The translations under genes and the position numbers were made by a program. DNA of 64,000 nucleotides from an uncultured Chroococcidiopsis sp. (GTDB lineage: Bacteria; Cyanobacteriota; Cyanobacteriia; Cyanobacteriales; Chroococcidiopsidaceae). The notes under the pieces are model-generated. The model was given only the letters and a program-made list of their open reading frames with translations. It did not search any database and was not told the origin of the DNA. Each line of letters begins with the position of its first letter. The stretch's first letter is position 1. The stretch is taken from contig CAXTYC010000002.1 in assembly GCA_964248365.1 (NCBI GenBank), forward strand, positions 32,001 through 96,000, given 5' to 3'. This document shows positions 48,470-60,542 of the stretch, in pieces.

Positions 48470-51400
48470 ATGTGGGAAATTTTAAAGCAGTTATTTTCCT
48501 CAAGTCAGTATATTCCTCACGGTCACTGCTACTTGTGGCAATCTCCACTAGTATGGTTGCACGTTTTGAGTGACTTGTTAATTGCGATCGCCTATTACTC
48601 AATTCCGGCGACGCTGATTTATTTCATCTACAAGCGCAGAGATGTTCCTTTTATAGGGATATTTGGCTTATTTGGAGCTTTCATCATCCTTTGTGGCACA
48701 GGTCACTTATTGGAAATTTGGACGCTGTGGCATCCAGTTTACTGGCTAACAGGAGTTGAAAAAGCAATAACTGCCCTAGTTTCCTGCTTCACTGCCTTGG
48801 AAATGGTAACGCTACTGCCTAAATTCCTAGCTTTACAGACTCCAGAGCGATTAGCAGCAATCAACCGAGAACTACAAAATCAAATAGTTGAACGTCAGCA
48901 GGCTCAAAAAGCTCTACAGAGTATTGTAGTGGGGACAGCTTCAGTCACGGGTGAAGAATTTTTCCCAGCTTTGGTGCAAAATTTGGCAACGGCTCTGGAT
49001 GTTCGCCACGTCTTTGTTGCAGAACTGGTGAGCAACCAGCCTCTAAGGTCAACAACTCTTGCCTTTTGGGCTAGGGATCGGGTGGCAGAAAACTTTGAAT
49101 ATGACTTGATTGATATTCCCTGTGAGCGTGTTGTCAAGCAAGCACAGTTATGCTATTACCCTAACAAAGTTCAGGAACTATTCCCCCTCTCTAAAGCTTT
49201 AAAGGCGATGGAAGCAGTATGTTACTTGGGAGCGCCGCTGTTGGATGGGGAGCAGCAGGTAATTGGGGTTTTATGTATCATGAGCGATCGCCCTTTGGCG
49301 AATGAGGAAAATGCCAAGGCGATAATAACGGTATTTGCCGCCAGAGCTGCTGCCGAATTGCAACGCCAAAGAGCAAAAGCTGCCCTGCACCATGCCAATG
49401 AGGAATTAGAAATTCGAGTTAACGAGGCTACCATTGGACTGCGCCAACGCACCGCAGCATTAAAGGCAAGTCAAGACTTTTTAGATCGGGTACTCAATGC
49501 CGTAACTGACCCGATTTTTGTCAAAGATAGACAGCATCGCTGGACAATGCTTAACGATAGCTTTTGCCAGATGATTGGCTATCCCCGTGAACAGTTGATT
49601 GGCAAATCTGACTATGATTTTTTCCCAAAAGCACAAGCGGATGTTTTCTGGGAATATGACAACCGAGTATTCACCACAAGCATTGAGTATGAAAATGAAG
49701 AGGCATTTAAAGATGCGGATGGCGCAAGGCGCACCCTATCAACGAAAAAAATTGCCTTTGCTGATGCGGATGGCGATCGCGCTTTAGTTGGCATCATCCG
49801 CGATATCACGCAGCGCAAACAGGCTGAGGAAGTTTTGCGGCAGATGGCAGAGAGGGAAAAGGCAATATCCAGAGTCATTCAACAGATGCGCCAGACGTTG
49901 CAACTTGAGACAATATTTCATACCACAACTCAAGAACTACGTCAAGTTATCTCGTGCGATCGCGTTGTCATCTATCGTTTCAATCCCGACTGGAGTGGGG
50001 AGTTTGTCTCTGAGTCAGTAGCACCCGAATGGATACCCTTGATTCAGCAACAAACAAATGAACTTGCCATTACTGAAGCATCTGTTGACGAAACTAGTTG
50101 TACTGTGAAAACCTTCGGCAGTGCCAACCACTCAGTACGAGATACTGACACTTACTTGCAAGAAACTCAAGGTGGTGTTTACCGACTCGGAACGAGTTAC
50201 CTGTGTGTACCAGACATCTATAAAGCTGGGTTCAAATCTTGTTACCTCGAACGTTTAGAGCAATTACAAGCCAAAGCTTACATCACTGTACCTATCTTCT
50301 GTGGCGAGAAACTTTGGGGTTTACTGGCAGCTTACCAAAATTCAGATCCCCGCCAATGGGAAGAAGCAGAAATCATGATGGTAGTTCAAATAGGGACTCA
50401 GCTAGGAGTTGCCGTACAACAAGCAGAATTACTAGCGCGAACTCAACAGCAAGCAAAAGAGTTGAAACTAGCCAAAGAAGCCGCCGATGCTGCCAACCGT
50501 GCTAAAAGCGAATTCCTTGCTAACATGAGCCACGAACTGCGTACCCCCCTCAACGCCATCCTTGGCTTCACCCAATTAATGCAGCGCGACTCATCTCTAG
50601 CCATTGAGGAGCAGCAGCAATACCTAAATATTGTCAGTGGTAGCGGCGAACATTTGCTGGAATTGATTAACGGTGTTCTGGAAATGTCAAAAATCGAGGC
50701 TGGACAAGTTACGTTGCACGAAAACAGCTTCGATCTTTATCAAATGCTTGATAGCCTCAAAGATATGCTCAAGTTGGGAGCTACATCTAAAGGCTTGCAG
50801 CTTATCTTTGAGTGCAGCAATCAAGTGCCTCAATATGTAAAAACTGACGAAAGTAAACTGCGTCAAGTTTTAATTAACCTACTTGGGAATGCAATCAAAT
50901 TTACCAATAAAGGTAGTGTGAAACTGCGAGTTGTCAAGAGTCAAGAGTCAAGAGTTAGTAGTAAAGAACAACTGACAAATGACCTAAAACAAATAACCTT
51001 ACATTTTGAAGTCGAGGATACTGGATGTGGTATCGCTTCCCACGAGCTAGATAATTTGTTTAAACCTTTTACCCAAATTGAAACGAGTTTGAAATTCAGC
51101 CAAGGTACAGGTCTAGGTTTACCCATTAGCCAAAAATTTGTGCAACTGATGGGCGGAGAAATTGCTGTGGCTAGCATACCAGGTGAGGGAGCCAATTTTG
51201 CCTTTGATATCCAGGTGAGTTTGGGTGAACAAATTCTAGTTAATCCAACCCAATCTATCTGTAAAAAAGTCATAGGTTTAGCACCTAACCAACCCAAATA
51301 TCGTATTTTGGTTGCAGAAGATAAGCCAACAAATCGCCTTCTTTTAGTCACGCTTCTTAGTTCTTTGGGTTTTGAGGTACAAGAAGCCCAAAATGGTCAA

Positions 51401-51955
51401 GAAGCTATAGCAATATGGGAGAGTTGGGAGCCGCATTTGATCTGGATGGATATGCGGATGCCAGTGTTGAACGGTTATGAAGCGACAAAACAAATCAAAG
51501 CTTCTTTGAAAGGTCAGGCAACGGTAATTATTGCCTTGACTGCTAGCGTTTTTGAGGAACAACGACAAACTATTTTATCAATTGGGTGTGACGACTTTGT
51601 GCGTAAGCCCTTTCGAGAAAGTACGATCTTTGAAAAGCTGGCGAACTATCTAGGTGTGCGTTATGTCTATGAACAAAACGATGTAGAGACGCAATATATC
51701 GCGTCTGTACGGAAGGATGAAGAAGCTACAACAGCCTTTATGCTTCAACCCCAATCCTTACAAGTAATGTCGAGCGAGTGGGTGGAACAACTACACAATG
51801 CCGCAGCCTCTGGCAGCGATCTTCTAATTTACGAACTAATCGAGCAAATTCCCACAGAAAATGCTGCCCTTGCTATGGCGCTGACTGATTTAGTTGAAAA
51901 CTTCCGGTTCGATATAGTTACCGAATTAGCTCAACCGACATCAAAAAAGACGTGA
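48470..51955 (+). CDS. Hybrid histidine kinase: ethylene-binding TM domain-GAF-PAS-CBCR GAF-HisKA-HATPase-REC
   Basis: ETR1-like [13 protein letters not shown]...[26 protein letters not shown]...[41 protein letters not shown]. Confidence 0.93.
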   Translation: MWEILKQLFSSSQYIPHGHCYLWQSPLVWLHVLSDLLIAIAYYSIPATLIYFIYKRRDVPFIGIFGLFGAFIILCGTGHLLEIWTLWHPVYWLTGVEKAITALVSCFTALEMVTLLPKFLALQTPERLAAINRELQNQIVERQQAQKALQSIVVGTASVTGEEFFPALVQNLATALDVRHVFVAELVSNQPLRSTTLAFWARDRVAENFEYDLIDIPCERVVKQAQLCYYPNKVQELFPLSKALKAMEAVCYLGAPLLDGEQQVIGVLCIMSDRPLANEENAKAIITVFAARAAAELQRQRAKAALHHANEELEIRVNEATIGLRQRTAALKASQDFLDRVLNAVTDPIFVKDRQHRWTMLNDSFCQMIGYPREQLIGKSDYDFFPKAQADVFWEYDNRVFTTSIEYENEEAFKDADGARRTLSTKKIAFADADGDRALVGIIRDITQRKQAEEVLRQMAEREKAISRVIQQMRQTLQLETIFHTTTQELRQVISCDRVVIYRFNPDWSGEFVSESVAPEWIPLIQQQTNELAITEASVDETSCTVKTFGSANHSVRDTDTYLQETQGGVYRLGTSYLCVPDIYKAGFKSCYLERLEQLQAKAYITVPIFCGEKLWGLLAAYQNSDPRQWEEAEIMMVVQIGTQLGVAVQQAELLARTQQQAKELKLAKEAADAANRAKSEFLANMSHELRTPLNAILGFTQLMQRDSSLAIEEQQQYLNIVSGSGEHLLELINGVLEMSKIEAGQVTLHENSFDLYQMLDSLKDMLKLGATSKGLQLIFECSNQVPQYVKTDESKLRQVLINLLGNAIKFTNKGSVKLRVVKSQESRVSSKEQLTNDLKQITLHFEVEDTGCGIASHELDNLFKPFTQIETSLKFSQGTGLGLPISQKFVQLMGGEIAVASIPGEGANFAFDIQVSLGEQILVNPTQSICKKVIGLAPNQPKYRILVAEDKPTNRLLLVTLLSSLGFEVQEAQNGQEAIAIWESWEPHLIWMDMRMPVLNGYEATKQIKASLKGQATVIIALTASVFEEQRQTILSIGCDDFVRKPFRESTIFEKLANYLGVRYVYEQNDVETQYIASVRKDEEATTAFMLQPQSLQVMSSEWVEQLHNAAASGSDLLIYELIEQIPTENAALAMALTDLVENFRFDIVTELAQPTSKKT

Positions 51956-51988
51956 ATTCTTCTTTAGACCTCCTGCACGAATATATCT

Positions 51989-52052
51989 GTAAGGGCGGGT
52001 TTATCCGAAATCTGGCGTGAAAATCGAAGCCTTTTAGTAAACCCGCCCCTTC
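51989..52052. mobile_element. 64-bp mini-element
   Basis: GTAAGGGCGGGTTTA ... TAAACCCGCCCCTTC. Confidence 0.75.
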
Positions 52053-52078
52053 GCTTAATTGGTAACTCGAAATTGAAA

Positions 52079-53884
52079 ATGAATTCTCCTCAAACTGGCA
52101 TCACCCTAGAAGACATCCTGATCGTTGACGATACCCTAGAAAACTTGCGCCTTCTTTCTACAATGCTGATTAAGCAAGGGTATAACGTTCGCAAAGCTAT
52201 AAATGGAAAGATGGCACTGACAGCCGTGCAAACTGTTATGCCAGATTTAATTCTGCTCGACATAATGATGCCAGAGATGGATGGCTATGAGGTTTGTCAA
52301 CGCCTGAAAGCGAATCAGCAAACAGCCAAAATTCCAGTAATTTTTTTGAGCGCTTTAAGTGAAGTATTTGATAAGGTGAAGGCGTTTGAGGTCGGTGCTG
52401 TAGATTATATTACCAAGCCTTTTCAGTTTGAAGAAGTTTTAGCCAGGGTTCAAAATCAAATGGCGCTCAAGTCAGCGCAACGGGAAATTTTGAAGCTAAA
52501 CACTCAATTAGAAGAAAGGGTTAAAGAGCGTACCGAGCAACTCGAATTAGCCAATGCTCAATTGCTGAAAATGGCACTTTACGATCATCTCACAGGTTTG
52601 CCCAATCGGGCTTTATTCTTGGAGCGTCTAGAACAAGCTCTCAACCGTGCCAAGGTAGATTCGGTTTATCAGTTTGCCGTCTTGTTTCTTGACTGCGATC
52701 GCTTTAAAGTTGTCAATGACTCTCTCGGTCATTTGGTAGGAGATGAACTGTTAATTGCAGTTGCTCGTCGCCTAGAAGCATCCCTAAGCCAAAACCATAC
52801 CCTCTGTCGCTTAGGTGGCGATGAATTTGCAATTTTGCTAACAGACATTCAAGATTTTAGCTATACTACCTTTGTAGCAGATGAAATACTTGAGTTGTTT
52901 TCTCATCCGTTTCAACTTCAAGGACATGAAGTATTCATCAACGCCAGTATCGGCATTGCTCTTGGCAATTCCCAATATAATTTGCCAGAACATCTGTTGC
53001 GGGATGCAGATACCGCAATGTATCGTGCCAAATCTTTAGGGAAAGGTCAATATCATATTTTTGCACCCGCTCTGCACGATGCTGCTCTCAAGCTTTTACA
53101 CCTAGAGAGTAATCTTCGCCAAGCGATTAATCAACAAGAATTTATCGTTTACTATCAGCCAATTATCGATCTAAGTGACGGCAAAATTGCTGGGTTTGAG
53201 GCACTAGTACGCTGGCATCATCCCCAATACGGTATGATTTATCCACAATCGTTTATTCCTGTTGCAGAAGAAACTGGTTTAATTATTCCGATTGATAACT
53301 GGGTGCTACGGCAAGCCTGCCATCAGCTACGCTTTTGGCATCAGGAAAAACTCACAGACTATCCCTTATTTATAAGTGTTAATCTTTCGGCGCGACAGTT
53401 TGCCCAACTAGACTTGATCGATCAAATTGACCAAATTTTGACGGAAACGCAACTTCCGCCCGAAAACTTAAAGTTGGAAATTACAGAAAGTGCGATTATA
53501 GACAATATTAAGTCTGCTGCTTTAATCTTACAAAAACTAAGGCAACGCTTAATTGGGTTGAGTATCGATGACTTTGGTACGGGTTATTCTTCTCTGAGTT
53601 ATATGCATTCTTTTCCCGTTAGTACCCTCAAAATTGACCGTTCTTTTGTGCAGCGCCTTGACGGAAATCCAGAAAATTTAGGACTTATTCGCGCAATTAT
53701 CAGTATTGCTCAGACGATGAATATGAGCGTGGTTGCCGAAGGAATTGAAACAACCCAACAGTTAAACCAACTCAAAAACTTAGGCTGCGACTTTGGTCAA
53801 GGATACTTGTTTTCTAAACCTGTCGAGGCGCAAAGAGCAACGGAGCTAATTGCATCAGCCAACTCATCACCCCTACGCCTCTAA
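52079..53884 (+). CDS. REC-GGDEF-EAL c-di-GMP signalling protein
   Basis: [44 protein letters not shown] and QGYLFSKP. Confidence 0.95.
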   Translation: MNSPQTGITLEDILIVDDTLENLRLLSTMLIKQGYNVRKAINGKMALTAVQTVMPDLILLDIMMPEMDGYEVCQRLKANQQTAKIPVIFLSALSEVFDKVKAFEVGAVDYITKPFQFEEVLARVQNQMALKSAQREILKLNTQLEERVKERTEQLELANAQLLKMALYDHLTGLPNRALFLERLEQALNRAKVDSVYQFAVLFLDCDRFKVVNDSLGHLVGDELLIAVARRLEASLSQNHTLCRLGGDEFAILLTDIQDFSYTTFVADEILELFSHPFQLQGHEVFINASIGIALGNSQYNLPEHLLRDADTAMYRAKSLGKGQYHIFAPALHDAALKLLHLESNLRQAINQQEFIVYYQPIIDLSDGKIAGFEALVRWHHPQYGMIYPQSFIPVAEETGLIIPIDNWVLRQACHQLRFWHQEKLTDYPLFISVNLSARQFAQLDLIDQIDQILTETQLPPENLKLEITESAIIDNIKSAALILQKLRQRLIGLSIDDFGTGYSSLSYMHSFPVSTLKIDRSFVQRLDGNPENLGLIRAIISIAQTMNMSVVAEGIETTQQLNQLKNLGCDFGQGYLFSKPVEAQRATELIASANSSPLRL

Positions 53885-53918
53885 CCCGTGCATCCACCCA
53901 AAGGTGTAAATTGAAAGC

Positions 53919-54518
53919 TTAACAGCTAATCATTTCAGGATGCTCGATCCTTGTCCCCAACAGTTTGAGAAATTCTGCTAGCCAATTGGGATGAGCAAGC
54001 CATGTTGGTGCTGTGATTAAGTTACCATCAACCACTACCTCATCAGGTGGAATATGGACATACAATCCACCAGACTTCATCACATCTGGTCCACAAGCAG
54101 GGTAGGCGGTGCAACTTTTACCTTCAAGCACATCAGCAGCTGCTAATACAAGTAGTCCATGACAAATTGCAGCTATAGGTTTATTTGTTTGGGCAAAGTG
54201 GCGGGTAATTTCTAATATCTTTTGATTGAGACGAATATATTCAGGCGCACGTCCTCCTGGTATTACCAAAGCATCATAAGCTGATGCCTCTACCAGGTCA
54301 AACGTGGCATTTAAAGCAAAGTCGTGTCCTCGTTTTTCACTATAAGTTTGATCGCCTTCAAAGTCATGCACCGCTGTCCGCACCTTCTCCCCAGCTTTTT
54401 TATCAGGACAAACTGCATCTACCTGGTGTCCAACCATTTGTAGCGCCTGAAACGGAACCATTACCTCATAATCTTCCACATAGTCGCCGACGAGCATCAA
54501 AATTTTTTTGGCAGCCAT
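53919..54518 (-). CDS. DJ-1/PfpI family protein
   Basis: [18 protein letters not shown] and AAICHG. Confidence 0.93.
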   Translation of the reverse strand: MAAKKILMLVGDYVEDYEVMVPFQALQMVGHQVDAVCPDKKAGEKVRTAVHDFEGDQTYSEKRGHDFALNATFDLVEASAYDALVIPGGRAPEYIRLNQKILEITRHFAQTNKPIAAICHGLLVLAAADVLEGKSCTAYPACGPDVMKSGGLYVHIPPDEVVVDGNLITAPTWLAHPNWLAEFLKLLGTRIEHPEMISC

Positions 54519-54548
54519 TTCTTTAGTCCTCCATTGTCCGGTAGCAAC

Positions 54549-54617
54549 GTAGGGTGGGCAATGCCCACCTCACTTTTTCTATCTCTTTCTGATAATGGTG
54601 GGCAATGCCCACCCTAC
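54549..54617. repeat. Paired palindromic repeat
   Basis: GTAGGGTGGGCAATGCCCACC ... GGTGGGCAATGCCCACCCTAC. Confidence 0.85.
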
Positions 54618-54658
54618 TGTTCACTATATTTTCTGGCAAATTCATTCAGAGTACGGGT

Positions 54659-54722
54659 GTAGGGGCGCTCTTTACCGAGCTATCAGTAAGAAAATCGAGA
54701 TTATTCGCAAACCCGCCCTTAC
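54659..54722. mobile_element. 64-bp mini-element
   Basis: GTAGGGGCG ... AAACCCGCCCTTAC. Confidence 0.7.
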
Positions 54723-54919
54723 CTAGTGAGTAGCGAGTAGTGAAATACCAATTACCAATTACCAATTACCAATTACCACTTATCAGGCAGCAATATTAAC
54801 AAATCGTAAAAAAATATCATGTTTGAAAGCTGTAATCCTGATAGTTCCTGAATTAGACTAGGCAACAGTGCAAATGTACTGTTATTTCTAAGATATAGAA
54901 ACATGGCACTTGAGCCTAA

Positions 54920-57900
54920 ATGATTCCAGTTCAACTGACTCTGAAAAACTTCCTGAGCTATCGTGAAGCAACCTTAGATTTTTCTGGGCTGCATACTGCT
55001 TGTATTTGTGGTTCCAATGGCGCGGGTAAATCTTCCCTACTCGAAGCTATCACTTGGGCAATTTGGGGTCAAAGTCGTGCCGCCTCGGAAGACGATATTA
55101 TACATTCTGGGGCAAAAGAAGTTAGGGTAGATTTTGTCTTTTCTAACAACCAGCATAATTATCGAATTATTCGTACTCGTCACAGAGGTAGTAGTAGTTT
55201 TCTAGAATTTCAAGTTGATACGCCTAACGGGTTTAAGCCGTTGACAGAGCGCGGAGTAAGAGCAACACAGCAGCTGATTTTGGAACATATTAAGCTCGAT
55301 TATGAGACATTTATTAATTCAGCTTACTTGCGTCAAGGGCGGGCGGATGAGTTTATGCTCAAACGCGCAGGGGAACGGAAAGAAATTCTTGCCGAGTTGC
55401 TCAAACTAAATCAGTATGATGAATTGGAAGAACGGGCAAAAGATATGTCCCGCTCTTTCAAAGGACAAGCGGAGCAGCTAGAGCGCTCTTTGGAGTCGAT
55501 GGAAAGTGGGCTGCAACAACGAGAAGCGATCGCTTCTTCTCTTTCCCAAATAGAAACCCAAGTCAATCAACTGCAACAAGCACAAGCATTTGACAATATT
55601 CAACTTCAAAGCTTGCAAGTTGTCCAAAATCAGCAACAAACTTGGGAGCAACAGCTAGGTTTTCTCAGACAGCAGTACCAAAATCTTAGTGGAGATAGCG
55701 ATCGCTTAGAACAAGAGTGCTATTCTATCAGCGCTCAGCTATTAGCTATAGAAGAAATATTAAACCAAGAAAGTGAAATTAAAGCTGGATACGAGCAATA
55801 TCAACAGCTACAAACTCTAGAGGAAACTTTTGCTGATAAATTTGAACAACACTCAGCCGCTGTTGTGCAGCAACAGCACCTACAGCAACAACTGGCGCAG
55901 CAAATTAATTCTATTCGCTCCCAACTACAACGAGCTGAAGGACAGTTAGAAGCATTACAGCATCAAGAACAAGAGATTGGACAAGCTCTAAACAAGTCCA
56001 CTGAAGTAGAAGCGGGATTAGCACAACTTGTCGCCGCTCGTAACCGTCTGGCACAATTGGATCAACTGCAACTTCAGGTGACTCCCCTACTACAACAACG
56101 CGCCGCATTACAAAGCCAGATTGAAAAAGTTCAGACTCGTCTAATGGCGCGATTAGAAGAACTCCAAGCAACAGAAAACCAACTGGCTAGACAACAGCAA
56201 CGCCAACCCCAACTGCAACAAGCAGTAATGGACATCGCGGTACAAATTGAGCAACTGGAAAAAAAGCGAGTCTACCTGGAACGAGTCAGGGAAAAAGGAC
56301 AGGAACGCCGCCACTTTCTCGAACGATTGCAAGCCCATCAACGAGATTATGAAAAACAAATAGGAGAAATAGAGCAAAAAATCCAAATGCTCTCCTCTCC
56401 GAATGCAATTTGTCCCTTGTGCGATCGCTCCCTAGATGAACACCATTGGAACCGAGTGATAGAAAAAACCAAGCAACAACAACAGGAAGTAGGGGAACAA
56501 TTTTGGGTTGTACGAGAGCAAATGACAGTATCTGAACGAGAAATTCAGATATTACGACAGGAATATCGAGAGTTATCCCAGCAACTATCTAATTATGATA
56601 CTTTGCGGGAACAAAGGGGACATTTAGCAGCGCAGTTATCAGCTTCAGATGAGATTGGGCAACGAATAGAGCAAATTGCCGCCGAAAAGCAGCAGCTAGA
56701 AAAGTCGCTGCAAATTGGTGAATACGCCACACAGCATCAAGAACAGTTGCGTCAACTCCTCTGGCAACTACAACAACTCAACTATACTGAGCAAGATCAT
56801 GCCTTAGCTCGAAATGAAGTTGAAAGGTGGCGGTGGGCAGAAATTCGGCAGGGGCAAATTAAAGATGCTCAAAAGCGACTGGGGCAAATTCTTGCCCGAA
56901 AACCAGAGATAGAAGCACAAATAGACAGTTTGCGTACTCAAATTGAGCAGCACCAAACTTCTTCTGAATGCGCTTCATCAATTGCAGCAATTGAGCGCCG
57001 CATTGTCGAAATTGACTATGATACAGAGCAGCATAGCTCTGTACGTAACGCTTTGCGACAAGCTCAGTCTTGGCAGATGCGCTATCAGCAGCTATTATCA
57101 GCCCAGCAACAATATCCCCACTTGCAGCAGCGATCGCAAGATTTGACCGCAGCCATACAAGCTAGATTGGCAGAACGGCAAGTTATTGCAACTCAAATCG
57201 AAACTCTTACTCGTCAACTCGAATCTTCACCGGATACAACGGCACAAATTCAAGCTTTAGAACAACAGCTAGCTTGGGGACGACGACAACTAGATGAGAA
57301 TCTAAGTCAATTGGGACGGTTACAGCAGCAGTTCAACCAGCTTGAGGAGAAGCAAAAAGAGTACGAGCAACAACAGCAGCAATTGCAAGTCGTTCGCAGA
57401 CAATACCGCATATATCAGGAATTGGGGCAAGCGTTTGGGAAAAATGGCATTCAAGCACTGATGATTGAAAATGTGTTACCCCAACTCGAAGCGGAAACCA
57501 ATCAGCTACTAGCAAGGCTAAGTGCGAACCAGCTGCACGTTCAATTTATTACTCAAAAAGCTGGGCGTAGTGGTCGAGCGACGAAGAAAACTGCCAAAAT
57601 GATTGACACACTGGATATTTTAATCGCTGATGCACGGGGAACCAGACCTTATGAAACATACTCCGGTGGAGAGGCGTTTCGGATTAATTTTGCAATTAGA
57701 CTGGCACTGGCAAGATTATTATCTCAAAGAGCAGGGGCGGCGTTGCAATTGTTGATCGTAGATGAAGGTTTTGGTACACAGGATCAGGAGGGATGCGATC
57801 GCCTAATTGCGGCGATTAATGCGATCGCCTCTGATTTTGCTTGCATCCTGACGGTAACGCATATGCCCTATTTCAAAGAAGCTTTTTCTGCCCGCATCGA

Positions 57901-57946
57901 AGTTTCTAAAACACAAAATGGTTCCCACTTGAGTTTGTCAATGTAA
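54920..57946 (+). CDS. sbcC: SbcC (Rad50/SMC-like) ATPase
   Basis: GSNGAGKSS, long coiled coil, central CPLC zinc hook, YSGGE and VDEGFG. Confidence 0.95.
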   Translation: MIPVQLTLKNFLSYREATLDFSGLHTACICGSNGAGKSSLLEAITWAIWGQSRAASEDDIIHSGAKEVRVDFVFSNNQHNYRIIRTRHRGSSSFLEFQVDTPNGFKPLTERGVRATQQLILEHIKLDYETFINSAYLRQGRADEFMLKRAGERKEILAELLKLNQYDELEERAKDMSRSFKGQAEQLERSLESMESGLQQREAIASSLSQIETQVNQLQQAQAFDNIQLQSLQVVQNQQQTWEQQLGFLRQQYQNLSGDSDRLEQECYSISAQLLAIEEILNQESEIKAGYEQYQQLQTLEETFADKFEQHSAAVVQQQHLQQQLAQQINSIRSQLQRAEGQLEALQHQEQEIGQALNKSTEVEAGLAQLVAARNRLAQLDQLQLQVTPLLQQRAALQSQIEKVQTRLMARLEELQATENQLARQQQRQPQLQQAVMDIAVQIEQLEKKRVYLERVREKGQERRHFLERLQAHQRDYEKQIGEIEQKIQMLSSPNAICPLCDRSLDEHHWNRVIEKTKQQQQEVGEQFWVVREQMTVSEREIQILRQEYRELSQQLSNYDTLREQRGHLAAQLSASDEIGQRIEQIAAEKQQLEKSLQIGEYATQHQEQLRQLLWQLQQLNYTEQDHALARNEVERWRWAEIRQGQIKDAQKRLGQILARKPEIEAQIDSLRTQIEQHQTSSECASSIAAIERRIVEIDYDTEQHSSVRNALRQAQSWQMRYQQLLSAQQQYPHLQQRSQDLTAAIQARLAERQVIATQIETLTRQLESSPDTTAQIQALEQQLAWGRRQLDENLSQLGRLQQQFNQLEEKQKEYEQQQQQLQVVRRQYRIYQELGQAFGKNGIQALMIENVLPQLEAETNQLLARLSANQLHVQFITQKAGRSGRATKKTAKMIDTLDILIADARGTRPYETYSGGEAFRINFAIRLALARLLSQRAGAALQLLIVDEGFGTQDQEGCDRLIAAINAIASDFACILTVTHMPYFKEAFSARIEVSKTQNGSHLSLSM

Positions 57947-57950
57947 TCCA

Positions 57951-59114
57951 ATGCTGCAAGTAGGACAAATTTTACACGAGCGTTATCAACTGAGGCAAAA
58001 ATTAGGGTATGCTGCCAATCGTCAAACTTGGCTAGCAACAGATTTATCAACACACTCACATGAGCTTGTAGTTGTTAAATTGCAGGCTTTTGTAGATGTA
58101 CAGTGGCAAGATATTAAAATGTTTGAGCGCGAAAAACAAATACTTAAACATTTAAATCATCACCAAATTCCCAAGTGTCAAGATTATTTTTGTCTAAATG
58201 AAAATTTGCTATGGTTTGGATTAGTTCACGAATATATTCCTGGTTCATCACTTCAGGAATTGCTGCATGAAGGGAAAAAATTTACACAAGAACAAATCCG
58301 TCAAATTGCCATTGATGTATTAAATATTTTGGTTTACCTGCATGAACTAAATCCACCAGTATTACATCGGGATATTAAGCCAAGTAATTTAATTTGGGGT
58401 GAAGATGAGCAGATTTATTTAGTCGATTTTGGAGCAGTTGGGGATACAGTGGCGAAAGAAGGAGCCACTTTTACGATTGTGGGAACTTATGGTTATACGC
58501 CAATGGAACAATTTGGTGGTAAGGCGGTTCCAGCATCGGATCTATATGCTTTGGGAGCAACTTTGATTCATTTGCTAACCAATGTTGCACCAGCAGATTT
58601 ACCACAAAAAAATTTACAGATTCAATTTGCCCAATTTGTCAACCAATCTCCCGATTTTGTAGCTTGGTTACAGCAGTTATGCGAACCTGCACTAGAAAAA
58701 CGCTTTACAGCAGCTCGTCAGGCGCTATCGGCTTTAGAATCAGGGATGGTTTTACAATCATCTGCTATAGTTAATAATTCTGGACAAGGTGGTTTATTTG
58801 ATTTATCCCTAACCGTACCAGAGGAAATTAGGGGTTGGAATTGGGGAGCATTTTTTCTAACTCCATTTTGGCTAGTGTCAAATCGTGTTTGGATTGGACT
58901 TTTTGCTTTGGTTCCGATTGTTGGATTTTGGATGGCGATCGCAATGGGAATAAAAGGCAATGAATGGGCGTGGAAAAGCCGCAGATGGAAAAGTATTGAG
59001 CAATTTAAAACCCATCAAAAACGCTGGGCGATCGCAGGGATAATTTCAGGTATCTCAGTTAATCTAATTTTTTGGCATCTGAGTATTTTACTATTGCTAT
59101 CAAATTTGATTTAA
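57951..59114 (+). CDS. Ser/Thr protein kinase with a C-terminal WNWGAF membrane domain
   Basis: VVVK, HRDIKPSN, DFG and GTYGYTPMEQ; C-terminal WNWGAFFL...GNEWAW. Confidence 0.92.
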   Translation: MLQVGQILHERYQLRQKLGYAANRQTWLATDLSTHSHELVVVKLQAFVDVQWQDIKMFEREKQILKHLNHHQIPKCQDYFCLNENLLWFGLVHEYIPGSSLQELLHEGKKFTQEQIRQIAIDVLNILVYLHELNPPVLHRDIKPSNLIWGEDEQIYLVDFGAVGDTVAKEGATFTIVGTYGYTPMEQFGGKAVPASDLYALGATLIHLLTNVAPADLPQKNLQIQFAQFVNQSPDFVAWLQQLCEPALEKRFTAARQALSALESGMVLQSSAIVNNSGQGGLFDLSLTVPEEIRGWNWGAFFLTPFWLVSNRVWIGLFALVPIVGFWMAIAMGIKGNEWAWKSRRWKSIEQFKTHQKRWAIAGIISGISVNLIFWHLSILLLLSNLI

Positions 59115-59202
59115 AAATTTGATTTAAATCTATAATTTACAAAATAAGTAGGTAGGCGTAAATAAATAAAAGTATGTAAAGATCTGTAAAGAAAATTATC
59201 TG

Positions 59203-59380
59203 AGATCTTGCACCTGTTGCAACAACCGCCTGTCACTTAAGTAACAGACTAATAACCCTCACCCGTTGAAACTCGTTTGAAGCTTGCAAGGCGAGTCTAC
59301 TTTAGTAGACTTCTACTATCGGTTCCTTGGAATTAATTCCCAGGTGGGATTTAGGCAGGCGCTGAACATTAGTGTATCAG
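59203..59380. mobile_element. MITE/REP-like element (AGATCTTGCACC family), degenerate right end
   Basis: Same left end as the 37389 copy; internal AGTCTACTTTAGTAGACT and CCTTGGAATTAATTCCCAGG palindromes. Confidence 0.55.
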
Positions 59381-59611
59381 CAAGGTAAATTAGTCATTTG
59401 ACTTTTTGCATAAAGTGTGCTAGGCGGGACTTTTAGCGTCCTTCTTTGCGCCTAGTCTGCGGCTTGGAGCTTTGCAGTATGCGCCTAATCAAGCTGTGCC
59501 TGAGGCTTGGAGCTTTGCACTACGGCTACCCCGAAGGGTTACGAGAAGCCGCTGCGCGTCTATGCGCGAAACAAAAAAACAGCTAACAGCTAACAGCTAA
59601 TAGCTTTAATA

Positions 59612-60196
59612 TCAAACTTTGGTTAGCACGTATATACTGCCTTCATTACCGCGCCCTATACGCATATCTTGATCGAGATAGGTAGTATCTAGCCATCCCT
59701 GTTGATTACGGCTGTCTATCTTAGTATCAATAGCAGTAAAGGATTTCCCAGCCTCAATCTGTTGGATTAAATTAGCAGGAGATTGGTAGCCGATTAAGCG
59801 TTGTAAACCAACAATTGAGCGCTCAAATTTAACTTGTACTCGACGCTCTGATACTGGTTCAAATTTAGCAGCAACGCTAACTAATCCTTCAAGATAGGGT
59901 AAACCATAAATCTCAGCAATATTGTAAACACTTTGGGTTTTAACGCGGATACATTGATATATTTGACCGAGTTTGAGCAATGGCAATTGGTCAATATTTA
60001 ATAAACCATTGCTGGTGGTGTAGATTAATCGCCAGTTGCCGTCAAGTAAATCGACCGCTTCTAGAGGACGGGGTGTGGGGTTATGATCTTCAAGAGAAGC
60101 GATCGCCATTAAGATCGCCTGTTTTTCCGATTCTTTGGCTAATAAACTGCGATTTTTACCTGCGATCGCTTCTAACAATGTTGCTTTTCCTAGCAT
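59612..60196 (-). CDS. PAP/fibrillin family protein
   Basis: LEDHNPTPRP, LLDGNWRLIYTT and GWLDTTYLDQDMRIGRGN.GS.YVL. Confidence 0.92.
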   Translation of the reverse strand: MLGKATLLEAIAGKNRSLLAKESEKQAILMAIASLEDHNPTPRPLEAVDLLDGNWRLIYTTSNGLLNIDQLPLLKLGQIYQCIRVKTQSVYNIAEIYGLPYLEGLVSVAAKFEPVSERRVQVKFERSIVGLQRLIGYQSPANLIQQIEAGKSFTAIDTKIDSRNQQGWLDTTYLDQDMRIGRGNEGSIYVLTKV

Positions 60197-60542
60197 CGTC
60201 TCTTACCTCAGTTACCAGTTATCAGTTATCAGTTACTCAATACCAACTACCAACTACCAACTACCAGCTAACACTGACATCTAATCCCATCCTATTGAGC
60301 TATGCTGGTTTGGTTATCTGCTATTTGATAAGTTTTTTGCTCTTGCTTTTGACATTTGGTAAGCTACTGCATATAAAAATTGCCTCTTGCCCTCTGGACC
60401 TCTTGCCCTCTGGACCTCTGGACCTATCATCACTAAAAATTTAATGTACATCAGCTTAAAATCTTTACATTAATCCAAATTACTCAACGTGATACACTAA
60501 TGGTGTATAATCAAACCCTTCTATTTCGAGTAGACATCCAGT

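Noticed and set aside
54920..57946. SMC-based defence system (Wadjet/Lamassu-like)
   Set aside because: The central CxxC hook and overall sequence fit housekeeping SbcC, and no defence partner genes are adjacent.
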